Of a stretch of 64,000 bases of DNA, positions 1 to 10,805 are shown one piece after another. The notes under the pieces are model-generated. The model saw nothing but the letters and a program-made list of their open reading frames with translations, was not told the origin of the DNA and searched no databases. The stretch covers positions 1 to 64,000 of IMG/VR virus record IMGVR_UViG_3300033571_011534; one strand, given 5' to 3'. This DNA is from a virus. How positions within the stretch are numbered: the first letter of the stretch is position 1; each line of letters opens with the position of its first letter. The translations under genes were made by a program, and so were the position numbers.

Positions 1-1085
1 TCCCACTGAATACCGAAACGTACGAATACGGTGTACTCAATGGTGTCCTTCTTTGGCTTGTACTCACGGTTTACAGTGATGTCTCTCTGGAAACCCCAAA
101 CACGGTTAGCTGGGAAAGTCAAGTCGACATATCCAGCTGGGTAGTAAGGAACTTCCTGAACATCAATGCCTAGAACACGGGTAGTGCGAGCACCACCAAA
201 TGTCTGACCCTGTCCATCTAGGTAAGCCTGGGTGTTAGCCTGGGTGTTACCATTCTTTCCGAGAGCCTCGGCAATTGCATCTGACAAAGTACCGTTGTTC
301 TTAACGATTCCCTGGAATGCGTCTGTACCAGCGTAGAACTTAAGGTTGGCCTTAAGTGCACGGTACTTACGTGGCATAGCAAGGATAATGTTCTGCATTA
401 CCTCTGGTGTCCAAGCGTTGTTAGACACAGAGACAACAGCCTCGTGTGCGTCACCATTAGTACGAACTCGGTTTACGAAACCATTCATGATTGATGTGAA
501 TGGGTCGTTACCTGTGCCAGTACCATTGATTGCTAGGTCCTCTAGATCATTGGCAAATGCGTTTGTCATTAGACGTACAAGGTGGTCTTCAAGAGCCGCA
601 CCCTCAACGTTGTCTTCTAGTGCTTCAGCAGAAACCTCCCAGTCAAGACGAATCTTCTTTGTAGTCAATTCGACCTTGCTAAACTGGGCGCCAGCGTTGG
701 TGTAGTCACCAACAGCCTGGGCGGCAGCACGAATTACACGCTCACCAACGTTAACTTTTTCAAGTTCCATTGTGTTTGCTCGCATAGTAACACGGCGACC
801 ATCCTTGGCGAGAACAGTTGCGTCCCAAACATAGTCGATAAAACGACGTGCCTGCTCTGGACGTAGAATTCCACTAGCTGCCTCACCCGAAGGATTGACG
901 GCATTTGGACCACTGGTCACTCCGAATTCAGCGTTTGGGATGTTGCCCAGTGTGCTAGCACCTGGATCAGTTACACCACCAATACCACCTGATGCGAAAG
1001 CACCTTGGCCTTGGAAAGTACCAGGAGTAGTTCCTCCTAGTTCGCCAGCTTCACCTGGCTGATTTTTGATAATCTCTTCCGACAT
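1..1085 (-). CDS. Major capsid protein (partial, runs off window start)
   Basis: Not in ORF track; ATG at 1085 with AGGAGGTG SD; translates MSEEIIKNQPG...SGILRPEQARRFIDYVWDATVLAKDGRRVTMRANTMELEKVNVGERVIRAA, an HK97-type MCP-like sequence; directly downstream of protease and portal. Confidence 0.9.
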   Translation of the reverse strand, partial: MSEEIIKNQPGEAGELGGTTPGTFQGQGAFASGGIGGVTDPGASTLGNIPNAEFGVTSGPNAVNPSGEAASGILRPEQARRFIDYVWDATVLAKDGRRVTMRANTMELEKVNVGERVIRAAAQAVGDYTNAGAQFSKVELTTKKIRLDWEVSAEALEDNVEGAALEDHLVRLMTNAFANDLEDLAINGTGTGNDPFTSIMNGFVNRVRTNGDAHEAVVSVSNNAWTPEVMQNIILAMPRKYRALKANLKFYAGTDAFQGIVKNNGTLSDAIAEALGKNGNTQANTQAYLDGQGQTFGGARTTRVLGIDVQEVPYYPAGYVDLTFPANRVWGFQRDITVNREYKPKKDTIEYTVFVRFGIQW

Positions 1086-1110
1086 ATTGTCACCTCCTAA
1101 GTGATTTTTC

Positions 1111-2460
1111 TTAATTAAATAAGTCGGCAGTTTTGAGGAAACGTCCGCCCCATAGGGATTTCTCAACCTGTTCTGGTTGAGTTTCCTGAACGATCTCGCC
1201 TAGATCGCCAGATTTACGGAAAGCGGTATCTGCCTCAACAGCGTCAACTCTCTTTCCAAACTCATTAAAATCCTGCTTGGCTTCTTTCACTTCTTGTGAA
1301 ACAGCTTTTACCTCATTAGAAACTGTACCAAGGGATTTCTGTAGCTCTGCTACCTGGTCTCCAAGAGACTTGATAGTAGAAGCTAGATCGCTAAAGGCTG
1401 ATGCAAGACCATTTTTAATTTCGGCAACTGCCTCAATCATTTCATCTGACTTTGATACTTCAGACTCATCGGACTTTTTAGCTTCACCGTTGCCCTTCTT
1501 TGGATAAGAGTCATCCTCTTCATCATCCTCGTCTTCATCATCCATTTTCTCGGCCTTTGGAGACTCTTCGTCTTTGGCTGAGTCGGACTTTACGACTGAA
1601 TTGGCTTCGGCATCTGCCTCTGGAGCGACCTGTGTTTCTGCAACAACATCGTCTGACTTTTCTACAGTCTCTTCAACGACATTTTCTGTTGTTTCATTCA
1701 TAGGACTTGCCTCCTTCATAATCTTAGAAGTATTAATGCCTTTAGCACTATCAACTAAGAACTTTATCATATCTGTTTTTTCGTTATCATTCTTTTCAAC
1801 GAAACCGATATTTTCTAGTGGTCTGCCAGAGATGGGGCTTGTCTCAGTCTCATTACTGGAAAGTAGGACTAGGCCTGACTCACTATCAAAAAATACATTC
1901 TCTAACTCTGTTGCGAACTGGTCGCCCTTAATAACATCTACACCATCAACCTTTTCTACAGAAAGGATATTTGCAAACTGGTTTGCTGGGTTGTCAACTA
2001 GAGATAGCTCTACCAAATCATAATCTTTAATTATTCTAATCTGAACATCTGCCTTAGAGTCATATGCATCATCCCACTTGTTCATTCTGCCTCCAATGGA
2101 AAAACCAGAAAGGGTGCCATCAAGAACCTTTTCCCAGGTATCCTGTGCGCCCTTTGAGATGTATGCAGATACGTATACTCCGCTATAAAACTTTTTAGAC
2201 TCTGGATCGAAATACTTATCTTCTTTAAATGACACCATCTTTCCAACAGCTGTTGGCTGGTGCATTTCACGAATGTTACCACGGAACTTTTGAAATGCCT
2301 TTAGACTGGCATCGGTAGTAACAACATCAGACTGCTTATCAACGTTATCGAGTGTGGCAAATCCAGAAACGATGCGACGTTCCTCGTCTACTTTGCTAAA
2401 GGGCATCGAGAGACGTAGACTGTCCCCTTCTCGATCCCAATATGCCTTGATAATAGTCAT
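1111..2460 (-). CDS. Prohead (capsid maturation) protease with C-terminal acidic/coiled-coil scaffold
   Basis: RIVSGFAT..DKQSD, IREMH, GTLSGFSIGG, ELSLVDNPAN motifs of HK97-type protease; between portal and MCP. Confidence 0.9.
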   Translation of the reverse strand: MTIIKAYWDREGDSLRLSMPFSKVDEERRIVSGFATLDNVDKQSDVVTTDASLKAFQKFRGNIREMHQPTAVGKMVSFKEDKYFDPESKKFYSGVYVSAYISKGAQDTWEKVLDGTLSGFSIGGRMNKWDDAYDSKADVQIRIIKDYDLVELSLVDNPANQFANILSVEKVDGVDVIKGDQFATELENVFFDSESGLVLLSSNETETSPISGRPLENIGFVEKNDNEKTDMIKFLVDSAKGINTSKIMKEASPMNETTENVVEETVEKSDDVVAETQVAPEADAEANSVVKSDSAKDEESPKAEKMDDEDEDDEEDDSYPKKGNGEAKKSDESEVSKSDEMIEAVAEIKNGLASAFSDLASTIKSLGDQVAELQKSLGTVSNEVKAVSQEVKEAKQDFNEFGKRVDAVEADTAFRKSGDLGEIVQETQPEQVEKSLWGGRFLKTADLFN

Positions 2461-2525
2461 ATTAGTTAATTATACTGTCTGTTTTTTCAGTTATTACAAT
2501 ATTATAACATATATAAAACAATACG

Positions 2526-4121
2526 TTATTCAGAGGATCTACCCTCGCCAGCGGCATTTCTTCCTGAAATTGTAGCCTCGCCGTCTGACTGGTTGTTTGT
2601 TCTTTCCGCATCTCTTTGCCTGTTTCCAGCTAGATTTGCCCTAGCGTCAGTTGCCTGCCTAGAAGACATTACGAAGAACTTATCTCCTTCCGCATGCTGA
2701 GGCAGACCTAGCTGCTCTCTAGCTTCGTTAGGAGTCATTACCTGGGTCTTGACGTACCTCTCAAGAATCTGAGACTGTGCTATCTCGTCTGTCAGGGTTA
2801 GCTCGTTAAACTTAAACTCAAGAATATCGGTCTTTTCTCTGACAAGCCTGTTGATGACCTTCTCTAGATTTCTTTGAGCTGGTCTTGACACTTGCTCCTT
2901 AAATGTCCTATCTTGAGCTAAGGCAGCTGCGATGGCAGAGGAGTCTCCTCCACCAATCTTAGATAGCGGAACTTGGTGTGCGATCAGAATGTCATCTCTA
3001 TTCTGAATTCTGTACTCTTTAAACGATGCCTCTTGAACACCATTCTCAATTGGCTCCATCTTAAACTCGACCTTGTTCTGATCTGTATCACCTGGTAAAG
3101 GAATGTATAGAGTTCTGTGATTCTGCCCCTTAAGGCCAGTCTGAAGGAATCTAAACATCTTATCTTCAGCATCAGAAGAAAGCTTTGCACCCTTAAGGGT
3201 AATAACATATCTAGGCACAGCCTTGTTTCCAAAATAATCTATGTTGTATTGGGAAGCTAGTTGATCTCCGTGTAGGGATCCAATGGCAGACATGATATCT
3301 GGAACACCGTAGAATGTATTTAATGGAGAGTATTCCTTATAGTGAATAATCTCATTTGGTCTTGGATCATCTGTTACTGGGTTTGGATTCTTTGCACCAA
3401 AGTTTCTAAAATAAACAACCTTGTTTCCAATAATCTGGACGTATCCGTCTTTTAGCCTTCTAACTCTAACAGTAGTGGACGGAATGTGTCCGATGTACCC
3501 AATTTCTCCAGTAACTGTTCTTGCAATTTCTAGATATCCATTTCCAGTTGCCTGAACGTCTGTGTAGAATTTTGTTAGCGTCTGAGTAAAAGATTCGGTG
3601 TCGTTGAGTCTCTCCATCCAGTCTCGCATCTCAATTTTGGCTCGCTCAATTCTTTTTCTAGCTCTTGCCACAGATGCCGCATCTGAATTATCTTCTAATC
3701 TCAAAAGGGTTCTTGCAGATATGTCAAAGTCATAGCCAAGCCCTACAATGTTTTCTACTTTTGCGTCAATAGCTGCGTGATTTGCGAAAGATGTGTCATA
3801 GTAGTTTGCTAGCTCATAAAGATTCCATGGTGGCGTAATAACGTCAAACATTCCATACCCATTACGGAATACTTCTCCTGGGTTGATTTCTTTTGATTTT
3901 GCCCCGTTAATTCCAGAACTGACGGCCTTAGCCGAAGTTTTGTAGGAGTCTGAAACCTGAGAAGACTTAGAAACAGTTCTGTCATTTCGTCTCTTAAAGT
4001 TGCTATTGATTCCAGAAAGCGATCTTAGATCTGACCAGGACTTGTTGAATGGGTCCTGCTTTTTAAATAAATCCTCGTCTGCCTGGCTCTCATCAAGCCT
4101 TGCATTAATAAAGTCTGACAT
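2526..4121 (-). CDS. Portal protein
   Basis: 531 aa; GNGYLEI, EIIH..YSPLNTFYGVP, HQVP, MTPNEARE portal motifs; synteny. Confidence 0.9.
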   Translation of the reverse strand: MSDFINARLDESQADEDLFKKQDPFNKSWSDLRSLSGINSNFKRRNDRTVSKSSQVSDSYKTSAKAVSSGINGAKSKEINPGEVFRNGYGMFDVITPPWNLYELANYYDTSFANHAAIDAKVENIVGLGYDFDISARTLLRLEDNSDAASVARARKRIERAKIEMRDWMERLNDTESFTQTLTKFYTDVQATGNGYLEIARTVTGEIGYIGHIPSTTVRVRRLKDGYVQIIGNKVVYFRNFGAKNPNPVTDDPRPNEIIHYKEYSPLNTFYGVPDIMSAIGSLHGDQLASQYNIDYFGNKAVPRYVITLKGAKLSSDAEDKMFRFLQTGLKGQNHRTLYIPLPGDTDQNKVEFKMEPIENGVQEASFKEYRIQNRDDILIAHQVPLSKIGGGDSSAIAAALAQDRTFKEQVSRPAQRNLEKVINRLVREKTDILEFKFNELTLTDEIAQSQILERYVKTQVMTPNEAREQLGLPQHAEGDKFFVMSSRQATDARANLAGNRQRDAERTNNQSDGEATISGRNAAGEGRSSE

Positions 4122-4492
4122 TACTCTTCGTCTCCATAAAGCTCTAGTGTCTTTTTTGCAGCCATGACGGCACCAATATCGTTTAGCGAAGGAATTAGGC
4201 CTTGTTTCATTCTGTCCATCTGCTCGCTATACTCTTCATCGCTAATTCTTGCTGTTCCTGGGAAAAACACTGGAGATCCGTCTGGCTCTCCATAGTGAGC
4301 GGCTGCTGCCTTTAGTTTGGCGATCTGGTTTTCGTCGCCCTTATTGGATGGAACATTTAGAACGTTTCCATTTCCATCTGTAAACCACTTGCCATTTGAC
4401 TTTTTCCAAACATATACGCCCCAGGCATACCCAGTTTGGTCAACAAGAGTTACCTTGGCCTTGCCAATAGCTTCTGCAAATTTGTCTTCCAT
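4121..4492 (-). CDS. Hypothetical protein (head module)
   Basis: ORF track; ATG at 4492 sits 7 nt after TGGTATACT -10 (leaderless). Confidence 0.7.
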   Translation of the reverse strand: MEDKFAEAIGKAKVTLVDQTGYAWGVYVWKKSNGKWFTDGNGNVLNVPSNKGDENQIAKLKAAAAHYGEPDGSPVFFPGTARISDEEYSEQMDRMKQGLIPSLNDIGAVMAAKKTLELYGDEE

Positions 4493-4510
4493 GACCACAA
4501 GTATACCATA

Positions 4511-7500
4511 CTATAGAGGTTTTATGACAGAAGAATTCCATTCTACGTCTTTATATATCGAATACTGGTATCCTCGGAACACACTGCTGTTTAAATTATC
4601 ATCAATTATGAACTTATTCGTTCCAGTATATCTTTTATAGACGTCAGATGGGTCAAAACCAAACAATTTCGTTTCATTTGCAACTAAAACGCCATTCCAG
4701 GTAAAGGAGCCTTGCCAGAAGTTCCAGCCCAAAATGGTAGAAGACCCCTCTACGCCAACCTGGTTTACTCTAAACCATGGACGATATGACTGCCTTTGAA
4801 CTTCTTGTAGGCTTGTAGACTGATAGTGGGAAACGTTATTTACGATAGCATCAGACACTATTCGAATGGCCCCAGGGTAACTATCAAAATTAAGGATTCT
4901 GGCAAAGTTAATACCTATAACTGACCAATCCTGTGCATCGATAACGGCTTCTCTAACCTTCTTTCCATTTACGTAGAATAGTAGGCCATTTTCAACTGCC
5001 CCAGTTTTAGCATTAATGGCATAAAGGCGGCCACGCTTTCCACTACTGTCGTTTGCTACCGAAAAGAACTTTATAAAGTCCTCTTTACCCTGTATTTCAA
5101 AAACTAGCTTTGGAATTTGAGAGAAAGATTCCTCTGGGAACCTTAAAAACATTTGCATTGCAAAGACCCTATACGACTCTGCCAGGTTTTGATTTATTTG
5201 AAAAATTAGCCCTCTATCTACAAGCCTAGCGTCTGATCCAACTTTCTGGATTCCACTATCTTTTGTTAGGTATAGGTGTGGCGTCGTGCCCTTATAAATC
5301 CTAAATGGGTTTTTGGATACGTAGTCAAAGTAGCTTCCATACTTCTTATATGGAATAATCTTGGTTCCGAATTTTGTTCCTACGAAGTTTGGAGAGGTCT
5401 CATTAATGGCCTGAGACGAATACTCTATCCTTCTGATATTTACTGGATTGGACGACATTCCTTCTACATCAATTTCTAGATGTGTAACAATTGCAATATC
5501 CGAAATCGAGACAGAAGATGGAGGATAGATGATTGTTCCATTCTCTACAACGTACTTTGTATTAATCCACTCCAAGGTATTTCCAGGATCAATCACCCCT
5601 TTTATTGGTGATTTTGTTTGTGTAAATGCATCTAGGTTAGCATTCGCTCCGCTCTTCAGAAACTGGAAAGTAATATATTGTCTAATAGAGTATTGCTTAT
5701 TTACGTTAACCGAATCGCCAACCCCTGGAATTGACGGCACAGAAGAATTGTATTGAATAAAGTCTAGGTCATAGTATTTACCACCGAAGCTGTCGTCAAC
5801 AAATTGAGCAAAGTAGCTTAGTGGCAAATAGTCTTGCCAGCTTGATGCAGAAGATATATCTAAAGAATATTCTCCAAATCTATAGACTGGCTGAATCGTG
5901 TAACTTGCTATATGGTCGTAGATCTCCTGAGTTCCTGAGCCATCGTCTTCAAACGAATCTGATCTACCACCATCGATTATTTTACTCCAAAAGGCTGGAT
6001 CGTTTCCAAAGTAGGAGTCTCCAACGTTCCAGATTTCTGGAACCTCTGGTTCTATTGGCAAGGCAAACAGGCTTGTAAGCTTCTTAAAGTTATTGCTTGT
6101 ACAGAACCCAAGTTTATAGACTTTACCCTGGAATGTTTTAGAAAAGTCCGAATCTCCTGCAATATAGATTCTTAACTGAGCCCTGTTTCCAAAAAATGCA
6201 GACACGTTCTTTCCAAACGCCTTTATAAGTCCGTCTATATTTATACCAGCAAAGATGCTTGTGGCATCAATAATTGAGTCCGAGTACAGGGTTTCAAGCT
6301 GCCCATTATAAAATAAAGAGTAGTTAATTCTATCCCCAATTACGGATGCAGAAAAGTAATTGTTGTTACTTATATTCTCTATTTTAAATAAAATCTGTTC
6401 TGATGCTGAGTATGACTCAATACCGAATATTCCATAAATCGCTTTGGTCTTTTGTCTCATAAAGTTGATCTTGTCGATAAACATAAAGGACTCTTTGTCC
6501 TTAAATGTAAAAAACAACCTGTCCTCATCTTGTAGCTCTGATTGTTCCGAATACCAGCTACTCAGGTTTGTTGGCTCGTCTAAAAACCGTATTTCTGGAA
6601 TCTCATAACCAGGAAGCTGAATGGAGTTTCTAGATACATCCAGGTTCTCAACAATTCCTTGTGCAAATTTTCCAAATTCTGGATAGGTGTAGGTATTGGT
6701 GTAGTCCGCAACCGAATAGTCAATAGCGACTGTTGTTCCTCCAAATGAAGTATTTGCGTTTTCTGGTATCTCTACCGCTTGACCATATGCCCATCTTCTT
6801 TTGGCGATAATGTCTGAAACCCAGTATGGGTATATTGAAACGCAGTCAATTTCTACTAGCCTCACGTCTTCGTAAGCATAAAAGCCAATCCAGTCTTGCA
6901 ACTTGCCATTTTGATCTAGCTCTTGCGGCAGATCGATATCGGATATATCAATTTGAATAGATAAAACCTCTTCACCGTTTATAAGAAGAGATGCTATGTC
7001 TGGCTTTATTCTTAGGTTTAAAAGCATTGGCCTAAACAGTTCTCCAGCATAATAAGATGCTGAACTTTGACCAATTTTTACCTTAATAAATGGGCCATCT
7101 ATATAGATTCCGTCTTCAGAAAAAACTGGACCAATAATTCTTTTTGATGATGTTGTTTGAGAGTCAATACGAACCCATGCCTCTAGGGTTGCTTCACGAT
7201 ACCTTCCCCAATCATTAAGAAACCCAAAACCTGGAAGAATTAATGATGGCTTTCCAGAATTTCTAGGATAAATTCTTGTAACGTTTTCCGACCCGAAAGT
7301 CAGAGGAACACCGTGATTCTTAGCGACAAGATTACTGTCTTCAATAAAGTAGTAGCCAGAAGAGTCCTGCAAGCCATAGGAGTTTGCCTCAACAACTTTT
7401 GTACTAGACGACCCTCCAATGCTGGAAGGAAGACTTGAGGGAACTGACCCTGGAACTATTCCCAAAGAGGTTGCTTGAAACTCTTCTGACCTTTGCCCCA

Positions 7501-8092
7501 TTGTTATACCGTTTACATAAAACTCATAGTCAGAATTTTGTGACCCAGCGTTAATATACTCAATCTCCAGAACTATCTTCATGTCTAATTCTTGGTGCTC
7601 TTGTGGGATATCAAATGTTTCTGATATAAAGACCCATTCTTTAGAAATTGTGCTAGAGAATTTTTTTAAGACTTCCCTTGGGGAAGACTCTCCAGGAACA
7701 GAATATTGATAGCCAATTTTGTATGAGCTAACGTATGGGCTTTTAGCATAAATGTAAGTTCCTAGCGAAAAAGTTTCCATTTGCTCATTTAGCTGGTTAA
7801 ACTTTATGATATTTTGGCTTTCAAGATGCATAGTCATTGGAGACATTGGAAGCATAGAGCTATATGTGCCAGTTATTTTCGATGTAAAGCTATCTGGAAA
7901 TGGAGTTCCAGAAATAGTATCATTGTTAATATCGGAAACTGGGCCTGTATATACCCAGATATTTGGATTATCAATATTTCTTTGGTTTTCTGAAATAAAT
8001 GATACATAGTCTACTCGATCATCCAGCGACCAAAGCGCTATTGGATGTTCTGCAAATACCTTTTCTGCGTACAAGTTAGAAGGAGTAGACAT
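4511..8092 (-). CDS. Large virion structural/minor tail protein (beta-rich, ConA/LamG-like segment)
   Basis: 1193 aa; N-term YAEKVFAEHPIALWSLDD and TLEAWVRI motif typical of LamG-like tail proteins. Confidence 0.6.
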   Translation of the reverse strand: MSTPSNLYAEKVFAEHPIALWSLDDRVDYVSFISENQRNIDNPNIWVYTGPVSDINNDTISGTPFPDSFTSKITGTYSSMLPMSPMTMHLESQNIIKFNQLNEQMETFSLGTYIYAKSPYVSSYKIGYQYSVPGESSPREVLKKFSSTISKEWVFISETFDIPQEHQELDMKIVLEIEYINAGSQNSDYEFYVNGITMGQRSEEFQATSLGIVPGSVPSSLPSSIGGSSSTKVVEANSYGLQDSSGYYFIEDSNLVAKNHGVPLTFGSENVTRIYPRNSGKPSLILPGFGFLNDWGRYREATLEAWVRIDSQTTSSKRIIGPVFSEDGIYIDGPFIKVKIGQSSASYYAGELFRPMLLNLRIKPDIASLLINGEEVLSIQIDISDIDLPQELDQNGKLQDWIGFYAYEDVRLVEIDCVSIYPYWVSDIIAKRRWAYGQAVEIPENANTSFGGTTVAIDYSVADYTNTYTYPEFGKFAQGIVENLDVSRNSIQLPGYEIPEIRFLDEPTNLSSWYSEQSELQDEDRLFFTFKDKESFMFIDKINFMRQKTKAIYGIFGIESYSASEQILFKIENISNNNYFSASVIGDRINYSLFYNGQLETLYSDSIIDATSIFAGINIDGLIKAFGKNVSAFFGNRAQLRIYIAGDSDFSKTFQGKVYKLGFCTSNNFKKLTSLFALPIEPEVPEIWNVGDSYFGNDPAFWSKIIDGGRSDSFEDDGSGTQEIYDHIASYTIQPVYRFGEYSLDISSASSWQDYLPLSYFAQFVDDSFGGKYYDLDFIQYNSSVPSIPGVGDSVNVNKQYSIRQYITFQFLKSGANANLDAFTQTKSPIKGVIDPGNTLEWINTKYVVENGTIIYPPSSVSISDIAIVTHLEIDVEGMSSNPVNIRRIEYSSQAINETSPNFVGTKFGTKIIPYKKYGSYFDYVSKNPFRIYKGTTPHLYLTKDSGIQKVGSDARLVDRGLIFQINQNLAESYRVFAMQMFLRFPEESFSQIPKLVFEIQGKEDFIKFFSVANDSSGKRGRLYAINAKTGAVENGLLFYVNGKKVREAVIDAQDWSVIGINFARILNFDSYPGAIRIVSDAIVNNVSHYQSTSLQEVQRQSYRPWFRVNQVGVEGSSTILGWNFWQGSFTWNGVLVANETKLFGFDPSDVYKRYTGTNKFIIDDNLNSSVFRGYQYSIYKDVEWNSSVIKPL

Positions 8093-8118
8093 TTTTTACC
8101 TTTGTAAAGTTTATCATA

Positions 8119-8991
8119 TTAGGATACCAGCCCTGTCCATCTACCCTGGTCGTCATACCTATATAGATGGGTAACATCTATCCATTGCTGTGTGGAAGAG
8201 TCATATCTTTTAATAAGCGTTACTGGGATAAATGCCCCTGAACTATCCCTTCTTTTTGCTCCAGGTAAGATATTTATAAAAAAGTCTCTCCTAGATGCTG
8301 GTGCAGTTGGGCCGACAGCCTCTACAGTTACGGACAATCCTTGTTTCGTTTCGTTAGGTGTTCCAGAAATTAATCCAGAGGGTGAGAGAGAAAGTCCGTT
8401 TGGAAGCTGGCCACCTACCACTGAATAAGACGTGGCATCGAGAGCTTCAAGCTGTATTGACACTGGAACATTGTTTCTTACACTTCCTAGCTCAGTGCCA
8501 GTTACCCAGCTTGGAGCTGGGATAAATGTTGGGAAAAACGGAAAAAACGGTGGAAAGAATGGTGGAAAGAATGGAGGAAAAAATGGTGGAAAGAATGGTG
8601 GGAAAAATGGCGGAAAGAATGGTGGCGCTGCAGCGGTTGTAAAATTAAATGATACGCTTGCATTTCCAACTACACCAGCACCAGTAAAGCTACCACTAAC
8701 ACTGTAAGTGGTAGATGGGCTGAGTCCTGTAACTGTTCCAGATACCGATCTTGGGAAAAATGGGTTAGATACGTTTCCAGATCCAAAGTCATAACTTCTA
8801 TTTGAGGCGTTTGCTACTTGAGTGCCTGCAACGGTAACTGTCCACCCCGCACCAGATGAGCCGAAACCAGAAAAGTTAGGATTATTATCTGTAACGGAAG
8901 CTGACCAGTTAACTGAAGTAGCTGTTATACCGCTAACGTCTACGGTTAATCTAGCTCTTCGTTCGGCATCGCTAGTATTAGAAAATGGCAC
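8119..8991 (-). CDS. Virion surface protein: FN3/Ig-like domain + (PPFF)n tract + Ig-like (He_PIG-like) domain
   Basis: VTGLSPSTTYSV FN3 signature; PPFF x7 then PFFP; GQLPNGLSLSPSGLISGTP Ig repeat. Confidence 0.65.
   Translation of the reverse strand: MPFSNTSDAERRARLTVDVSGITATSVNWSASVTDNNPNFSGFGSSGAGWTVTVAGTQVANASNRSYDFGSGNVSNPFFPRSVSGTVTGLSPSTTYSVSGSFTGAGVVGNASVSFNFTTAAAPPFFPPFFPPFFPPFFPPFFPPFFPPFFPFFPTFIPAPSWVTGTELGSVRNNVPVSIQLEALDATSYSVVGGQLPNGLSLSPSGLISGTPNETKQGLSVTVEAVGPTAPASRRDFFINILPGAKRRDSSGAFIPVTLIKRYDSSTQQWIDVTHLYRYDDQGRWTGLVS
8530..8625 (-). repeat. (Pro-Pro-Phe-Phe)n coding tandem repeat, 12-nt unit with synonymous variation
   Basis: Directly visible GG(T/A/C)GG(A/G)AA(G/A)AA(T/C)-type units. 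Confidence 0.95.
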
Positions 8992-8999
8992 CTATGCAC

Positions 9000-9998
9000 C
9001 TACCAGATCCAGAGGTCACCGTTTGATGCATTTGACGGAGTCTCAGTTGACGGTTGCACAAAAATTCTCATTCCAGGCTCCCATTTAGCATCACCAGAAT
9101 CGTACATAAGAATTTGTCTATTTTGTGGCGAGGAGATATTTACATCAGAAAGACTTACTAAAGATCTTGGCGTAGTTCCCGCCTGCCAGGTTTGAGTTGA
9201 CGTGTTATAGATAAGGGAGTCTCCGTTTGCAACGGTTGTAATATTAACATCAGACAAATCATTAAGATTGGAAGCTGGTTTTCCTGGAACCCACTTCTGA
9301 GTTACAGAATCATAAACAATACTGTCGCCATTTTGAACAGAAATAAGGTTGACGTCTTGCATTTCTGACAAGTTATCAACACCTGGACCTGGAGGGCCTG
9401 CTGGACCTTGTGGCCCCTCATCACCAATTACGTTAAGATTTACTTTATACCAAAAAGTGGAAGAGTCATCTGGTTCGTGTCCAAGATTTGGGTCTACGGC
9501 AGAAAACCAAGAGAACCCATCATGGTAAACGGCATCATTAGCGGCATAGTCAACTGACTGACTCCAAACACCCCTCCATGTGATGTTAGTTGGTCCAGCT
9601 GCACCAGATTCACCTCTTGGCCCCTGAGCTCCCTGAAGACCAGTATTTCCTTGCTGACCTTTCGGAATTGAAAATGTTAGTGTTCTATTTGGATGTGTTC
9701 CACCTAAAATCACCTGAGCTGGTTGATCATGCTCAACTGTTTGAACAGCAGCAATCGATAAGTTAACGGCAAGAGAATTTAGCCACTGCTGCTCTGTGCC
9801 AACGAAACCATTTTCTACAGCAATGTCATAGGCGGTAGCCTGTGCATATGAAAGGTCTGACCACGTGTCAATTCCATTTCCAAGCTTAAACTTACCACTG
9901 TCTTGCTCTACACCAATTTCTCCTGGTGCTAGGATTGGGTTGCCGTCTTCCCATTCTTCGGAAAATCCTCGGCGTAGCTGAACTCTAACAAATGACAT
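9000..9998 (-). CDS. Tail fibre/collagen-like protein with Mtd_N-type N-terminal domain
   Basis: VQLRRG..EW...NPILAPGEIGVE.D.GKFKLGNG; G-X-Y triplets; LSDVNI repeats. Confidence 0.75.
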   Translation of the reverse strand: MSFVRVQLRRGFSEEWEDGNPILAPGEIGVEQDSGKFKLGNGIDTWSDLSYAQATAYDIAVENGFVGTEQQWLNSLAVNLSIAAVQTVEHDQPAQVILGGTHPNRTLTFSIPKGQQGNTGLQGAQGPRGESGAAGPTNITWRGVWSQSVDYAANDAVYHDGFSWFSAVDPNLGHEPDDSSTFWYKVNLNVIGDEGPQGPAGPPGPGVDNLSEMQDVNLISVQNGDSIVYDSVTQKWVPGKPASNLNDLSDVNITTVANGDSLIYNTSTQTWQAGTTPRSLVSLSDVNISSPQNRQILMYDSGDAKWEPGMRIFVQPSTETPSNASNGDLWIW

Positions 9999-10041
9999 AA
10001 AATACTCTCCTTAGACTATTTTAGCACATAGATGTTAAAAA

Positions 10042-10746
10042 TTAGTCTTTAACTAGGAATGCCGTGGCAATGTACTTTTCTTCTTTAATGACCTTGGTTG
10101 CCTCGTGAGAAAAGGGTTCTCCAGATGGGAAGACTACGACGCTTCCTGCAGATGGCTTAATGGTTACCCCCTGGTTGGGGAAGTGCAACTCTCCGCCATC
10201 ATAATTATCGTTTAAATAAAGAACTGCCGACAAGTAGGATTCCCCCTTGTAGGTGTCTACGTGCTGACCCTGCTCCGAGCCCACGTAATATTTACAAATC
10301 ATTATTGGAGACATCTTTGCTGGCCCCAACTCCAGGGTATTTGTATAGTGGTCAGTAGTAAAGGTTAATGCGTTCTTTATTTGCCCAAAAGCAAACTGGC
10401 CTTCTGAAGAGCTTGTAAGGTACTTTTTAGCATTTGTTGTTTTCACCTCTCCAAGAACATAGGCTGTCTGTGACTCAATTTCTCCTGATGGCAACAAGAC
10501 TTCACTGGTATGCTCCCAGGGATTCCACTGCTGAATAGCATCAGAATCTGTAGTATTAGGATCAGAGTTTTCTAGGGCAAGAATTACCTGGTCTGGGTGG
10601 TAGATAATATTTTCGTAATAGAAAATCTTTTCTGCATAGACCTTTGGCTCAAAATTTGTAGTTTTAATCCATAATGGCGAGAAAAATGGTGGATAAATTG
10701 ACACCTGGTCAACCAGGTACTTGTCAAGAGCTTTTTGATAGTCCAT
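10042..10746 (-). CDS. 2OG-Fe(II) oxygenase (prolyl 4-hydroxylase-like)
   Basis: HVD...YLNDNYDGGELHF...FPS...H...KY. Confidence 0.9.
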   Translation of the reverse strand: MDYQKALDKYLVDQVSIYPPFFSPLWIKTTNFEPKVYAEKIFYYENIIYHPDQVILALENSDPNTTDSDAIQQWNPWEHTSEVLLPSGEIESQTAYVLGEVKTTNAKKYLTSSSEGQFAFGQIKNALTFTTDHYTNTLELGPAKMSPIMICKYYVGSEQGQHVDTYKGESYLSAVLYLNDNYDGGELHFPNQGVTIKPSAGSVVVFPSGEPFSHEATKVIKEEKYIATAFLVKD

Positions 10747-10805
10747 ATATCCTCCAATAGAACAATTATTATTATACCAGATCTGCCATTACTGGTGAAT
10801 TAGGC

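Noticed and set aside
346-2023. + strand ORFs over capsid/protease genes (and similar shadows such as 25485-26390, 57955-58440)
   Set aside because: Antisense to clearly recognisable structural genes.
8432-8707. + strand ORF with GKNG repeats
   Set aside because: Antisense shadow of the PPFF codons; no RBS or promoter support.
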